From: Dehalococcoidia bacterium
Lineage (GTDB): Bacteria; Chloroflexota; Dehalococcoidia; SpSt-223
Direction: 5' to 3'
Length of the DNA: 64,000 bases
Assembly: GCA_026003895.1 (NCBI GenBank)
Contig: BPIC01000007.1
Coordinates: forward strand, 108,440 to 172,439
The position numbers were made by a program, and so were the translations under genes. Below the pieces are notes generated by a model. The model saw only the letters and a list, made by a program, of their open reading frames with translations. It did no database searches and was not told the origin of the DNA. Each line of letters opens with the position of its first letter. Within the stretch, counting starts at the first letter, position 1. Below are positions 20,172 to 30,398 of the stretch, piece by piece.

Positions 20172-21716
20172 TCAGGGAGTGCGCTGGGGGTGGCGCTCGG
20201 TAAGCTGGGCGCGAATTTCGCGCTTGAGCGCCTTGCCGGCAGCGCTCTTCGGTAACGCATCGACGACATAGAAGGCCCGTGGCCGCTTATAGGTCGCAAG
20301 CTGACGGCTCGCGAAGGCCATCAGTTCGGCGTGGTCGATCTGGCTGCCCGGCTCCGGCACGACTGCGGCAACGACCAACTCGCCCCATTGCTCGTCCGGC
20401 AGGCCAACCACCGCGACCTCGCGAACGTGCGGGTGTGTGAGAAGCAGCGCCTCGATTTCCGCGGGGTACACCGTCGCGCCGCCGGTCTTGATGGTGTCCT
20501 TCTTCCGGCCGACGATGTAGTGGTATCCCTCGTCGTCGCGCGTCGCCAAGTCACCAGAAGCCATCCATTCGCCATCTTGGATCTCGGCGGTCGCCTCGGG
20601 CTGGCGATAATAGCCGACCATCTGGGCGTTCCCGCGTGCCCACAGCTCGCCGACTTCGCCGGTCGCCACCTCGCGTCGGTTATCGTCGCGCAGGCTCACC
20701 TCTTGGCCAAAGATCGGCCGCCCGACTGAGCCGGGCTTGCGGTGGTGATCTTCGGGCCGCATCAGAAGGACGACGCCAAGCTCCGTCGAGCCATAATGCT
20801 CAACGAGGCCGGCATCGGGAAAACGGGCGAACAGCTTTTCCCGTGTCGGAGCGAGCAGCGGCTCCCCGGCGGTGAGCAGCATCCGGACTCCCGGCACGGT
20901 CTCACTCCAGACTCCCGCAGCCTCCCCAGCGTCGATCCAGCGGTTGAACAGCGTCGGCATCAGAGGCACGTAGGTCACCCCGAGCGTCCGCAGGTCGTCG
21001 TCGAGTCGGGCGGCGTCAAATCGCCGGACGAGACCGACCGTCGCGCCGCCGGAGATCGTCGTCAGTGCCCAGAAGATCGGTCCACTGTTATAGAGGGGGG
21101 CGGCGGCGAGCACGCAGTCGTCGCGCCGGATCTCGAACTCGGCAGCGGCGAGGCACTGATGGACGGCGCGTCCCCGATGCGCTTGGACCACGCCCTTGGG
21201 CGAGCCGGTCGTCCCCGAGGTATAGAGGAAGGCGTATGCTTGCTCGTCGGGGACGCGGATATCGGGATCTGAATCGGAGGCCGCCGCGATCGCCGCTTCG
21301 TAGCTGCCGCTCTCCCCGAGGACAAGCATTCGGTCCGCGGGTATCGTTGCGCTGGCCGCAGCCGCAAGAATGTCTCGGTACTCCGGCGCGACAATCGCGA
21401 ACGACGCGCCAGAATGCTCGACGATCGTCGTCAGTTCGCGCTCGGTCGAGCGATAGCCGAGGGGGACGCTGACCGCGCCCGCCTTGGAAATCGCGTAGGT
21501 GGCTTCCAGAAACTCGATTGAGTTTTGGTCCAGCAAGGCGACGCGGTCACCGGGGCGGACCCCCTGCCCGATGAGGGCGTTCGCGAGCCGGTTCGTTCGC
21601 TGGTTCAGCTCACGGTAGCTGAGCGTCCGATCCGCTGTCCGGATCGCCGGGTGATGCGGCTGAGAGGCCGCTCGCCAGCGCAGCGGGTCATGAATGAGCA
21701 TCTGCAGCGCCGGCAT
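20172..21716 (-). CDS. AMP-forming acyl-CoA ligase
   Basis: YTSGTTGSPKG, YGSTE, SGDL, GRKKD.IKTGG, PKSAAGK. Confidence 0.93.
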   Translation of the reverse strand: MPALQMLIHDPLRWRAASQPHHPAIRTADRTLSYRELNQRTNRLANALIGQGVRPGDRVALLDQNSIEFLEATYAISKAGAVSVPLGYRSTERELTTIVEHSGASFAIVAPEYRDILAAAASATIPADRMLVLGESGSYEAAIAAASDSDPDIRVPDEQAYAFLYTSGTTGSPKGVVQAHRGRAVHQCLAAAEFEIRRDDCVLAAAPLYNSGPIFWALTTISGGATVGLVRRFDAARLDDDLRTLGVTYVPLMPTLFNRWIDAGEAAGVWSETVPGVRMLLTAGEPLLAPTREKLFARFPDAGLVEHYGSTELGVVLLMRPEDHHRKPGSVGRPIFGQEVSLRDDNRREVATGEVGELWARGNAQMVGYYRQPEATAEIQDGEWMASGDLATRDDEGYHYIVGRKKDTIKTGGATVYPAEIEALLLTHPHVREVAVVGLPDEQWGELVVAAVVPEPGSQIDHAELMAFASRQLATYKRPRAFYVVDALPKSAAGKALKREIRAQLTERHPQRTP

Positions 21717-21720
21717 GCCG

Positions 21721-22179
21721 CTACTCCGCCGGCCGCCGAGCGTATAAGAAGGTCCACGCTCCCTCTTGCACGACCTCCCCCCGCTGATTGAGGAGGTTCA
21801 CCTGCATCACCACGATACCGCGGTCGGGCTTGCGCGTCTCGCGCTTCTCGGCGACCGTTTCCGTAACGGTCAGCGTGTCGCCGACAAAAATAGCGCCTCG
21901 ATAGTTCCAGGTGATTCCGAGGAGCGCGAGTGCGGTGGTCCGATGCAGGCCAGTCTGCATCGCGAGTCCGCTGGCGATGGCGTAGCCGGCCTGACCGTGG
22001 AGAATCCGCTGGTGGAACATCGATTCTTCGGCGAACACTTGGTCCGTGTGCAGCGGGTGGTGGTCCCACGACCAGGCCGAAAAGAGCATCAGATCGGCTT
22101 CGGTCACCGTTCGCCGCGGCGTCGTGAACACTTGGCCGATTTCGAAGTCCTCCCAGTACGGAGGGGTGGACACGTGCAT
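21721..22179 (-). CDS. MaoC-family dehydratase
   Basis: YWEDFEIGQ, RRTVTEAD, DHHPLHTD, RILHG. Confidence 0.9.
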   Translation of the reverse strand: MHVSTPPYWEDFEIGQVFTTPRRTVTEADLMLFSAWSWDHHPLHTDQVFAEESMFHQRILHGQAGYAIASGLAMQTGLHRTTALALLGITWNYRGAIFVGDTLTVTETVAEKRETRKPDRGIVVMQVNLLNQRGEVVQEGAWTFLYARRPAE

Positions 22180-22257
22180 CGTCGTCTCTCCAACCGCCGG
22201 CGCACCGGCAGGGGCTGCGGGGAATTTACGCTTCGACGGCGAGGCAGGTCAACGCCG

Positions 22258-23205
22258 CTAGAACACCGCGACTGGGTTGACCGGCGAGCCGAGGGCGCCC
22301 GGCAGGTTGAGCGGCGCGATGACGAGCAGGAACTCCCAGCGACGCCGCGCCGCACACGCCGCAGCGAGCCGCTCGAAATCGCAATTGTTCAACAGGCACA
22401 GCCCCATCGCGGGGATGCCGACGACGTGAAACGGTGGCCGCGCCGGCGTTCGATCGGGCGGGAATGCCTCGTTGAGCCCTTCGCCGCCGATCAACGCAAC
22501 CTCCCGCTCCTGCAGCCAGCCGAGCACGCTGGCGTCCGGCCCGGCCATTGCGAACAACCCTTCGCCATCCGGCAGCAGCTCGCACGCGAGGGCGGCAGCG
22601 TGCCGCGCCCAGCGTCCCGTTCGGACGAGCAGCAGATCGCCGGGCTCGACCCGAACACCAGCCCGCGCCTCGGCCAGCTCGAGGTCGGCGGGTACGAACG
22701 CTTCGGCGGGTTCCAGCCACGAACGTCCGAGGGCGCGCGGGAGATCGAGCAGGACCCCTCGCCCGATGATTCCATCGGCGGCGTGACTGATGTCATTGGC
22801 CAACGCTCCGCGCGAGGTGACGCGGGCGGCGGGTACCCCGTTATACATGGCGCCCCGGTAAAAGTTGTGCGCCAGCGTGTCGACGTGGGTGACGTTCCAG
22901 CCGTGGTAAGCGAGCGCCAGATAGTCCTCGGCCTTGCCGGCCGTCTCCGTGGCGGTGTCACCAGCGCGGAGCATCAGGTGGAGCGACGGGCGCGGGTTGG
23001 TGGGCGACGGCTGAGTATTGAGCGGAATGCCGAGCCCGATAGAGTGGCCGTCGCTGACGAGGCCGAGGGCGCGCCGCCGTGCCGTTTCCGTCAGATGGTT
23101 GAGCGTGCCGCGCTGGTCGTCCACGCCCCAGCGACCCCAGTTGCTGAGCCGGTGCGCTAACTCGTCGATTTCGCTTTGTGGGGGAATCCGCGACGGAATC
23201 GGCAT
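22258..23205 (-). CDS. cyclase-family (kynurenine formamidase-like) metallohydrolase
   Basis: NWGRWG.DDQRGTLN, HG...THVD...H, GRGVLLD, GDLLLVRTG, GSPVNP. Confidence 0.9.
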   Translation of the reverse strand: MPIPSRIPPQSEIDELAHRLSNWGRWGVDDQRGTLNHLTETARRRALGLVSDGHSIGLGIPLNTQPSPTNPRPSLHLMLRAGDTATETAGKAEDYLALAYHGWNVTHVDTLAHNFYRGAMYNGVPAARVTSRGALANDISHAADGIIGRGVLLDLPRALGRSWLEPAEAFVPADLELAEARAGVRVEPGDLLLVRTGRWARHAAALACELLPDGEGLFAMAGPDASVLGWLQEREVALIGGEGLNEAFPPDRTPARPPFHVVGIPAMGLCLLNNCDFERLAAACAARRRWEFLLVIAPLNLPGALGSPVNPVAVF

Positions 23206-23387
23206 TGTCCCGCTCCACTGGCTTGTTGGGACGTCATTGTGCGCTATTCGGCCATCCGGGACAGCGACGGCAACGCGCGGAGGCCTATCGCCGCCACGAC
23301 GTCGTCGTTCCGGCGCTGATCCACACGGCCTCTGATGCGGCCGCTAGTTTGAGCGACGCCGGGAGAGCGACGTGGTACAACGGCACG

Positions 23388-24625
23388 GTGAGACGCTTGC
23401 CGGCCTTTCCCCTTTACCTCGGACTGTCATTCGTCAGCGTGCTGTCTTACCGGATGGCCGGCGCGGTCAACCTCGGGTATCAGAACGAGGTTGTTGGCTT
23501 GAACCCTCACCAACTGGTGCTCGTCGGCTCGGTTCTTGCATTGGCCGTCTTCGCCTTCGCGACGCCAACCGGAGTGGTTGCCGATATTGTCTCGCGGCGA
23601 TTCGCCGTGGTCTACGGCGTCGCTCGTATCGGGGTAGGGCTTGCGATTCAGGCAGTCCCGATCTTTCCGGTCATTCGGCTCGCGCAAGTGCTCTGGGGAC
23701 TTGGGCTCACCTTCACGAGCGGCGCCACCGAAGCCTAGATCGCCGATGAGATTGGGATTGCGCGAGCGGCGGGAGCGTACCTCCAAGGCGCGCAGGCCCA
23801 AGCGCTCGGCGCTCTCGTTGGCGTTGTGCGGGCAGTGGGACTGGCGACACGCGCACTCGCGCTTCCCATGGTGGTGAGCGGCGTCATCGCGCTGCTCGCG
23901 GCGGGAGCGATAGCGGTTGTCATGCCGGAGACTGGGTTTCGACCTAGTTGCCGTGGTGTTCGGGACGGGGGGGGTCAGCGGCGTGAACGCCGCCCCGAGC
24001 ACCGTTCGTGGCCAGCCGCCGCTCATCGCTTTGCTCGGCGTCGTGCTGCTCGCCGGAGCGGGAAGCGAAGGACTCGACCGGTTGTGGGTGACTCAGGTGC
24101 TCGTAATTGGCGTCCCGCCACTCGGCCCGCTGCCGCCGGTTGCGTGGTGGGTCCTTGGGTCCTATTGGAGGTCGCGGTCACCCGGATCGGCCTTGGCACG
24201 CTTCAGCTTGCGCGGCGCGTCAACCGATCGTCGGCCGGCGTGACGTTGATCGCGGGGCTCTGCGACGCGTTGTTCGTCGTGACGCTCGGCTTTTCGCTTG
24301 CGACGGTGTTCCCGCTGCGGTTGCGGCGTATCTGCCCTTGCGGGCCATCCGCTAGGTCGTGCCGGCGATCCAGATTGCTTGGACCGCGCCTCGCGTCGAT
24401 TCGCGGGTACGGGCAACGGCGCTTTGCTTCTTTGAACAATCCGACTCGGCGGGGCAGATTGCGGGTGGACCGGTGGTCGGCGCCCTCGGGCTCGCCGTCG
24501 CAGTCCGTTTCGCCCTCGTCGCTTCGGCTGCGGCGATTGGGCTGGCGCTGCCGCTCGTTCCATTTGCCGCCCGGCGCGACCACCAAGAGGGCGGACGTTT
24601 GCGGTCGAGCGAAGAACACTTGTAG
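23388..24625 (+). pseudogene. decayed MFS transporter (TetA(P)-like family)
   Basis: PTGVVADIVSRR, TFTSGATEA*IADE (TAG at 23736-23738 where Trp is expected), VMPETGFRP, SEGLDRLW, VRAT...GQIAGGP spread over several frames. Confidence 0.8.
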
Positions 24626-24648
24626 GATCGCACGGCCAAGGTGAAGGG

Positions 24649-25671
24649 ATGACGAGGTCGGACGAGCTCCTCGGACGAGCGAAGGGCGGAGCAACCGTCG
24701 AGTTCCGGCAGGTATCGAAGCACTACGCTCGCTCGGCGAACGGCCAGCCGATTGCGGCAGTTCGTGACCTGTCTTTGGTCGTTCAACCGGGCGAGATTTG
24801 CGTTCTCGTTGGACCAAGCGGGTGTGGGAAGACGACCTCGCTAAAGATGGTCAACCGGCTGATCGAGCCGACGAGCGGCCAGATTCTGATCGACGGCGTC
24901 GACGTGATGACCGTCGACCCGGTGGCGCTGCGACGCCGTATTGGCTACGTCATCCAGCAAGTTGGACTGTTTCCGCACCGAACGATTGCCGAGAACATCG
25001 CGACCGTGCCCGAGCTCGTCGGCTGGCCGAAGGCGAAAATCCGCGCTCGCGTCGACGAATTGATTGCGCTTGTCGGTCTCGACCCCGCGAGCTATCGCGA
25101 CCGCTATCCATCCCAGCTTTCTGGCGGGGAGCGCCAGCGAATTGGCGTTGCCCGAGCGATGGCGATCGAACCACCGTTGATGTTGATGGACGAGCCGTTC
25201 GGCGCGGTCGATCCGATCGTTCGCGAGCGCCTGCAGAACGAATTTCTCGACTTGCAACGCCGGCTCGGCTTGACCGTGTTGTTCGTTACGCACGACATCG
25301 ACGAAGCGATCAAGCTCGGCACGCGCGTGGCCGTGTTTGAGCAAGGTGGAACGATTGCCCAGTACAGCCCCCCCGCGGAGTTGCTGATGCGTCCGGCGAC
25401 CGACTATGTGGCGCGCTTCGTCGGGAGTGACCGGGCGCTGAAGCGGCTGGCGGTGATGCGTTTGGCCGATCTCCGGCTGTCGCCCGTCTCCTCTGCGGGT
25501 GAGGGACCGGTCTTCTCCGCGGAGACCAACGTCCGCGACGCGCTCGCGGCGCTTCTGCTTGCGCCTCGGGCTGCAGGCACCGTGGTGGACAGTTCGGGCG
25601 TCCCGATTGGTGTCGTCACCATGGAAACGATCGCCAGCGCCGTTCAGCCTGTGGCGGCCAGCCTAGAATGA
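24649..25671 (+). CDS. osmoprotectant (glycine betaine/choline) ABC transporter ATP-binding subunit
   Basis: GPSGCGKT, IGYVIQQVGLFPH, LSGGERQR, LMDEPFGAVDP. Confidence 0.93.
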   Translation: MTRSDELLGRAKGGATVEFRQVSKHYARSANGQPIAAVRDLSLVVQPGEICVLVGPSGCGKTTSLKMVNRLIEPTSGQILIDGVDVMTVDPVALRRRIGYVIQQVGLFPHRTIAENIATVPELVGWPKAKIRARVDELIALVGLDPASYRDRYPSQLSGGERQRIGVARAMAIEPPLMLMDEPFGAVDPIVRERLQNEFLDLQRRLGLTVLFVTHDIDEAIKLGTRVAVFEQGGTIAQYSPPAELLMRPATDYVARFVGSDRALKRLAVMRLADLRLSPVSSAGEGPVFSAETNVRDALAALLLAPRAAGTVVDSSGVPIGVVTMETIASAVQPVAASLE

Positions 25672-26327
25672 CGATCCAAGGCGAGCCGCTCGTTCGTTTC
25701 GACTGGATTGGCAATAACCTGGGCTTGATCGGCGAACGGCTGTGGGAGCATATCTTCCTGACCGTACTCGCCGTTGGACTTGGGCTCGCGATCTCGTTCG
25801 GACTCAGCCTCGCCATCCGCTGGAATGGGCGGCTCTATTTGCCCATCACCTCGATCGCCGGGGTGCTCTACACGATCCCTAGCCTCGCCCTGTTTGCCTT
25901 GCTTGTGCCATTCACTGGCCTGTCGATTTTGACCGCCGAAATCGGCCTCGTCTCCTACACCTTGCTCATCCTGACCCGGAACATCGTTGGCGGGCTGGAG
26001 GGAGTTCCGGCGGACGCCCGCGAGGCGGCGATCGGGATGGGCTACACGGCGCGCCAGCTCCTCCTTCGGGTCGAGCTGCCGTTGGCGCTGCCCGTGATCA
26101 TCGCTGGCGTGCGAGTGGCGACGGTGACCACGATCGGGCTGGTGACAGTGACAGCCCTGATCGGTCAAGGCGGGCTTGGCCAGTTCATTCTTCAGGGCAT
26201 CCAACGGTTCTTTTACACGCCGCTCGTTGTCGGGGCAGTCTTGTCGATTGCCTTAGCCATCGCGGCGGATGCGCTACTCGTGGGCCTCCAGCGCGCTGTC
26301 GCACCGTGGACGGCGGTGAAACGGTGA
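25668..26327 (+). CDS. osmoprotectant ABC transporter permease
   Basis: YTIPSLALF, EAAIGMG, VELPLALPVIIAG, GGLG; 4-nt overlap with the ATPase gene. Confidence 0.92.
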   Translation: MTIQGEPLVRFDWIGNNLGLIGERLWEHIFLTVLAVGLGLAISFGLSLAIRWNGRLYLPITSIAGVLYTIPSLALFALLVPFTGLSILTAEIGLVSYTLLILTRNIVGGLEGVPADAREAAIGMGYTARQLLLRVELPLALPVIIAGVRVATVTTIGLVTVTALIGQGGLGQFILQGIQRFFYTPLVVGAVLSIALAIAADALLVGLQRAVAPWTAVKR

Positions 26328-27043
26328 CGCTCCTCGGTGCCGTCTGGGCTTGGCTCACGAACTCCGTGCACTGGCAGGGCAGTGACGGGATACCGACGCG
26401 CATCGCGGAGCACCTCTGGATCTCAGGGGTCTCGGTCTTCATCGCGCTCGTGGTGGCGCTGCCACTCGGGCTGTTGATTGGCCACACCAACCGTGGCGCA
26501 TTGGTCACGGTGAGCATCATGAATGTTGGCCGTGCCCTGCCGTCACTCGCATTTCTCGCCTTCGCGCTGCCAGCCTCGTTCGCGCTCAACCTCGGGCTTG
26601 GGTTTTGGCCAACCGTGATCGCGCTCGTCCCCTTAGCGATCCCACTCATGCTGGTCAACACGTACGCAGCCATCCGGGGTGTCGACCCCGATCTGGTGGA
26701 GGCGGCACGGGGGATGGGCATGCGCGAACTCGAGGTGCTCGGGAAGGTCGAGGTTCCCGTCGCGCTTCCGCTCATCATCGCCGGGATTCGGAACGCTGCC
26801 GTGACGGTCGTGGCGACCGCAACGCTGGGCGCACTCGTGGCCGGCGGTGGGCTGGGCCGCTACATTGTCGACGGGCTAGCGCGGCAGGATTATGCGCGTC
26901 TCTTGGCTGGGGCGATCTTGGTCGCGCTGCTGTCGATCACCACCGAGGTGGCCTTTGCCGTGATCGAGCGTCTTGTCGTGTCGCCGGGGCTGCGACTCGA
27001 CCGGGAACGGCTCGCCCTCCCGGACGCCGGCGGCGCACGCTAA
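26324..27043 (+). CDS. osmoprotectant ABC transporter permease
   Basis: GRALPSLA, EAARGMGM, VATATLGALVAGGGLG; GTGA overlap. Confidence 0.92.
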   Translation: MTLLGAVWAWLTNSVHWQGSDGIPTRIAEHLWISGVSVFIALVVALPLGLLIGHTNRGALVTVSIMNVGRALPSLAFLAFALPASFALNLGLGFWPTVIALVPLAIPLMLVNTYAAIRGVDPDLVEAARGMGMRELEVLGKVEVPVALPLIIAGIRNAAVTVVATATLGALVAGGGLGRYIVDGLARQDYARLLAGAILVALLSITTEVAFAVIERLVVSPGLRLDRERLALPDAGGAR

Positions 27044-27180
27044 ACCTTTCCAGAACCGCTCTGATCCGAGTACTATCCCTGCATCACGCCGGCATGGCCG
27101 GCTGATGCCCCGGGTGCCGGGCCAAAGGAGCTCGGCAGTAGAATGCAGGCCGCTGTCCCCTGGCGGCCGGGAGGGTCTCC

Positions 27181-28119
27181 GTGTCACGCATTGTTTCCGT
27201 AGTCTTCGCCCTCGTGGTGGTGACGGCTGTCGCCTGCCAGCCAGCGCAGACCGGAAGCACCGGCCCCAGCACCTCTGGCGGACAGTCCTTTCCTACGATC
27301 CGGATCGGCTCGACAAACTTCTCGGAGCAGTTGATCGTCGCTGAGCTCTACGCCCAAGTGCTGGAGCAGGCCGGCTTCAAAATCGAGCGGCGCTACAATC
27401 TTGGCTCGCGCGAAATCGTCGCTCCCGCCCTCGAATCGGGCCAGATCGACATGTACCCCGAATACCTCGCTACCTATGTCATTTATCTGACCAAGGACCC
27501 ATCGAAGGGCACACCGGACGCCGCACAGACCTATGCGTCACTTCAAGAGGCGCTCCGCACCAAGAACATCACGGCGCTTCAATACGCCCCGGCGATCGAT
27601 TCGAACGGGTTCGTGGTCACAAAGGCGTATGCCGACCGGAACGGACTGCGCAACGTCAGCGACTTGGCGAAACTGAATGGCCAAATGACGCTCGGCGGGC
27701 CGCCGGAATGCCCCGACCGACCGCTTTGCCTCCAAGGACTCCAGCGGGTGTATGGCCTCAGCTTCAAGGAGTTCAAGGCGCTCGACGTGGGCGGACCGCT
27801 CACCGTCGCCGCGCTCGAAGGCAACCAGATTGACGTCGCCGTTCTCTTCACAACGGACGCCGTGATCGCCGCCAAAGGCTTCGTCCTGCTGAATGACGAC
27901 AAGAAGCTTCAGCCAGCAGACAACCTCGTCCCAGTCGTCCGCAACGACTTCCTCTCCAAAACGCCCAACCAAGATCAGTTCAAAAAGCTCCTCAATGACG
28001 TCTCGGCGAAGCTGACGACCGAGGAGTTGACCCAACTCAACAAGCAGGTTGGCGTTGACAAGCGCGAGCCGAAGGACGTGGCGACCGCTTGGCTCCGGAG
28101 CAAGGGCCTCTTGCGCTAG
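27181..28119 (+). CDS. osmoprotectant ABC transporter substrate-binding lipoprotein
   Basis: Lipobox AVAC; IGSTNFSEQ, IDMYPEY, L.DDK...PADN. Confidence 0.92.
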   Translation: MSRIVSVVFALVVVTAVACQPAQTGSTGPSTSGGQSFPTIRIGSTNFSEQLIVAELYAQVLEQAGFKIERRYNLGSREIVAPALESGQIDMYPEYLATYVIYLTKDPSKGTPDAAQTYASLQEALRTKNITALQYAPAIDSNGFVVTKAYADRNGLRNVSDLAKLNGQMTLGGPPECPDRPLCLQGLQRVYGLSFKEFKALDVGGPLTVAALEGNQIDVAVLFTTDAVIAAKGFVLLNDDKKLQPADNLVPVVRNDFLSKTPNQDQFKKLLNDVSAKLTTEELTQLNKQVGVDKREPKDVATAWLRSKGLLR

Positions 28120-28358
28120 GCATGTGCATTCCTCCCGCCGCCGGACGGCCCGCTGACGCCCGGTGGCGAATGTACGGAGCTTGCTAAGCGGCCGGGCTAG
28201 TCCGTGTCTCTCGGCGAAGCGACGCTAATCCCGCGATCTCACTGGGATCGCGCCTCGTGGAGCACCTAGCCTCGATTCGTGGTGCTGCCGGGATGCGCCT
28301 CACTGCTAGTGGCGCCGCCGTCGCGCCACCCCTCGCACTGTGCTGCTGACACTCCCGA

Positions 28359-30398
28359 TTACCGAACGGCGAGCGTGCCAAGCGGATCAGCCGTGCCGGC
28401 GACACGGCCGCTAGCGAGCTCGTAGACGACGAGGCGCAGTCGGTAGGCGCCGGGGGGTGGGCGGGGCGGCCCATTGATCGTGAGGTAGGTTGCGACGGGC
28501 AGCCCGGGAGTCCAGCGAGAGGTCGGGAACAGATCGTTCGAGAGGAGCGGCCGATCCGACTGGGCGTAGGGCGTTCCGTCCGGCTGCAGCACCTGAAGCG
28601 ACACGCTGTAGTCGCCCGGCGGCCGGGCGAGCGTCTCCCAACGAAGGACCGCCCAGAATCGGCCGTCGCTTGGCTCGGGACCGGCGGCCCAACCGCGCAG
28701 CGCCAGCCAGTCGCCGAAGCGCGCGTCGCTCGACCGCTCCCCGAAAAACAGCGTGTCCGGTAAGGGCCGATCGAGGCGGAAGTGACGGACGCGGAAGCCG
28801 GCGAAGTCCTCTTCCCCAATCGGCTCGCCGCCACGAGCCAGTAGGAACGCGGTTAGGCCCTTCGGGTCAGCATCACCAAGCTCGCCGCCTTTCCACTCGA
28901 ACAGGACGGCCTCGCGCGCCTCGCCAACGATCCCCGGCAGCCCGCCGGGCAGCGAGGCCTCTTCGACACGGACGAAATGGTAGGGCGCCCGGCCGGTGTA
29001 AAGAAAATCGACCGTCCGTGCGCGAAAGTCGGGCGCGAGCCGGAAGTTATACGGCAAGAGGAACACGCGCGAAGGGTCGTCGCCAAGTCGGTTCATCAGC
29101 CGCGCAGCGTCTGCTGCCTCCCCATGAAAGGCGAAATACACATCGTCTTCGGCGCGCCAGAGCGCAAAGTAGTCGTGGTAGGTGGTCCAGCCATTCCACA
29201 CCACGAGCGTGAGCAGCGGCGCAGCCGCGAGCACGCCCGTTGCCTGCCGTCGCAGGAGGCGCGCCACACCCTGAACAATCGCCTCCCCGCCAATCGACGG
29301 GAACAGGAAGACCGCCGGCACGATACCCATGACTCGGGTGTAGTGCGGGTACTCGTCGGTGGCGACGATCCCAGGCAAGAGCAAAACCGCCGTCCAGACG
29401 AGCAGGTGGAGATACGGTCCGCGGCGCAGCCGGACGAGGCACACGCCGAGGCCAACGAGGAAGAGCGCGAACAGCGGCGGCGCGAACACGGGCTTGCCGG
29501 GCACGTTGTGCCGCCAGTTCCAGTCGCCTTCCTGACCGAACATCGCGAGGTTGTAGACAAAGGAGTCCCAGAGTGCTGCCAGCCGGTCGCCGCCGCCCGA
29601 TGGGCCGAGCGCCGAGACGTAGGTTGCCCGGCCAAGAAACAGGTCAAGGTGAAACGCGTAGTAGACCGCGAGTGGCAGGATCACGACCGTGGCCGCGCCG
29701 AGCCATGGCCAAAAGCGCCAGCTCCGCATCCAGCCGAGCCAGCCCTTGCCGAACGCCGGCCACGCAGCGTCTCGGGGACGGAGCACGAGCTCAGCTGCGC
29801 CAAGCACCAGCGCGAATGCCGGTAAGATCCGGGCGCTGATGTAGGTGTAGCCCACAAGGCCAAAGGCAGCGCCCGCTGCGAGAAAGGGCACAACCCGATC
29901 CGGCCGCCCGCGCGCGGCTCGCCACAGGAGGAAGAATGCGACGGTCAGGACGAGGGGCAGCGTGTTCACACGGAGCGAGAGCCGGTTGATGTCGACCTGC
30001 CAGTGAGAGACAGCGAGCAGGGCGGCGGCGACAAGCCCAATCCGGATCGCGCCGGACCCGAGGGGACGGAACATGATGCGAGCGAGCGCGAACGACGCGG
30101 CAACCGTCAGCAGGCTCAGCGCCGCCGCCGGCAAGCGGAGCGCGTAGCTCTCGCGGCCAAATAGGGCGACCGAGAGCGCCAACAGGTTGTTCAGCGAGGG
30201 CTCGCGGCCGGTGTTGCCTTCGAAGAACAACTTCGGGCCAGTTGCCAGCACGTCGAGCGCGTCGAGGCCGTTGTAGGCCTCGTCGTAGTGCAGCCCCGGG
30301 GGCGTGGTGGTGAAGTCCCAAAAGCGAAGAAAGGCGGCAGCGAGCAGGACCACGACGAGCAGCGCCCGAACGGTGGTGGTCAGGGCATCACCCCCCAA
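28359..30398 (-). CDS. ArnT/PMT-like (GT-C) membrane glycosyltransferase
   Basis: PPGLHYDEAYNG, GREP, multiple TM helices, WRHNVPGKP, soluble C-terminal domain; start uncertain. Confidence 0.8.
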   Translation of the reverse strand: MGGDALTTTVRALLVVVLLAAAFLRFWDFTTTPPGLHYDEAYNGLDALDVLATGPKLFFEGNTGREPSLNNLLALSVALFGRESYALRLPAAALSLLTVAASFALARIMFRPLGSGAIRIGLVAAALLAVSHWQVDINRLSLRVNTLPLVLTVAFFLLWRAARGRPDRVVPFLAAGAAFGLVGYTYISARILPAFALVLGAAELVLRPRDAAWPAFGKGWLGWMRSWRFWPWLGAATVVILPLAVYYAFHLDLFLGRATYVSALGPSGGGDRLAALWDSFVYNLAMFGQEGDWNWRHNVPGKPVFAPPLFALFLVGLGVCLVRLRRGPYLHLLVWTAVLLLPGIVATDEYPHYTRVMGIVPAVFLFPSIGGEAIVQGVARLLRRQATGVLAAAPLLTLVVWNGWTTYHDYFALWRAEDDVYFAFHGEAADAARLMNRLGDDPSRVFLLPYNFRLAPDFRARTVDFLYTGRAPYHFVRVEEASLPGGLPGIVGEAREAVLFEWKGGELGDADPKGLTAFLLARGGEPIGEEDFAGFRVRHFRLDRPLPDTLFFGERSSDARFGDWLALRGWAAGPEPSDGRFWAVLRWETLARPPGDYSVSLQVLQPDGTPYAQSDRPLLSNDLFPTSRWTPGLPVATYLTINGPPRPPPGAYRLRLVVYELASGRVAGTADPLGTLAVR

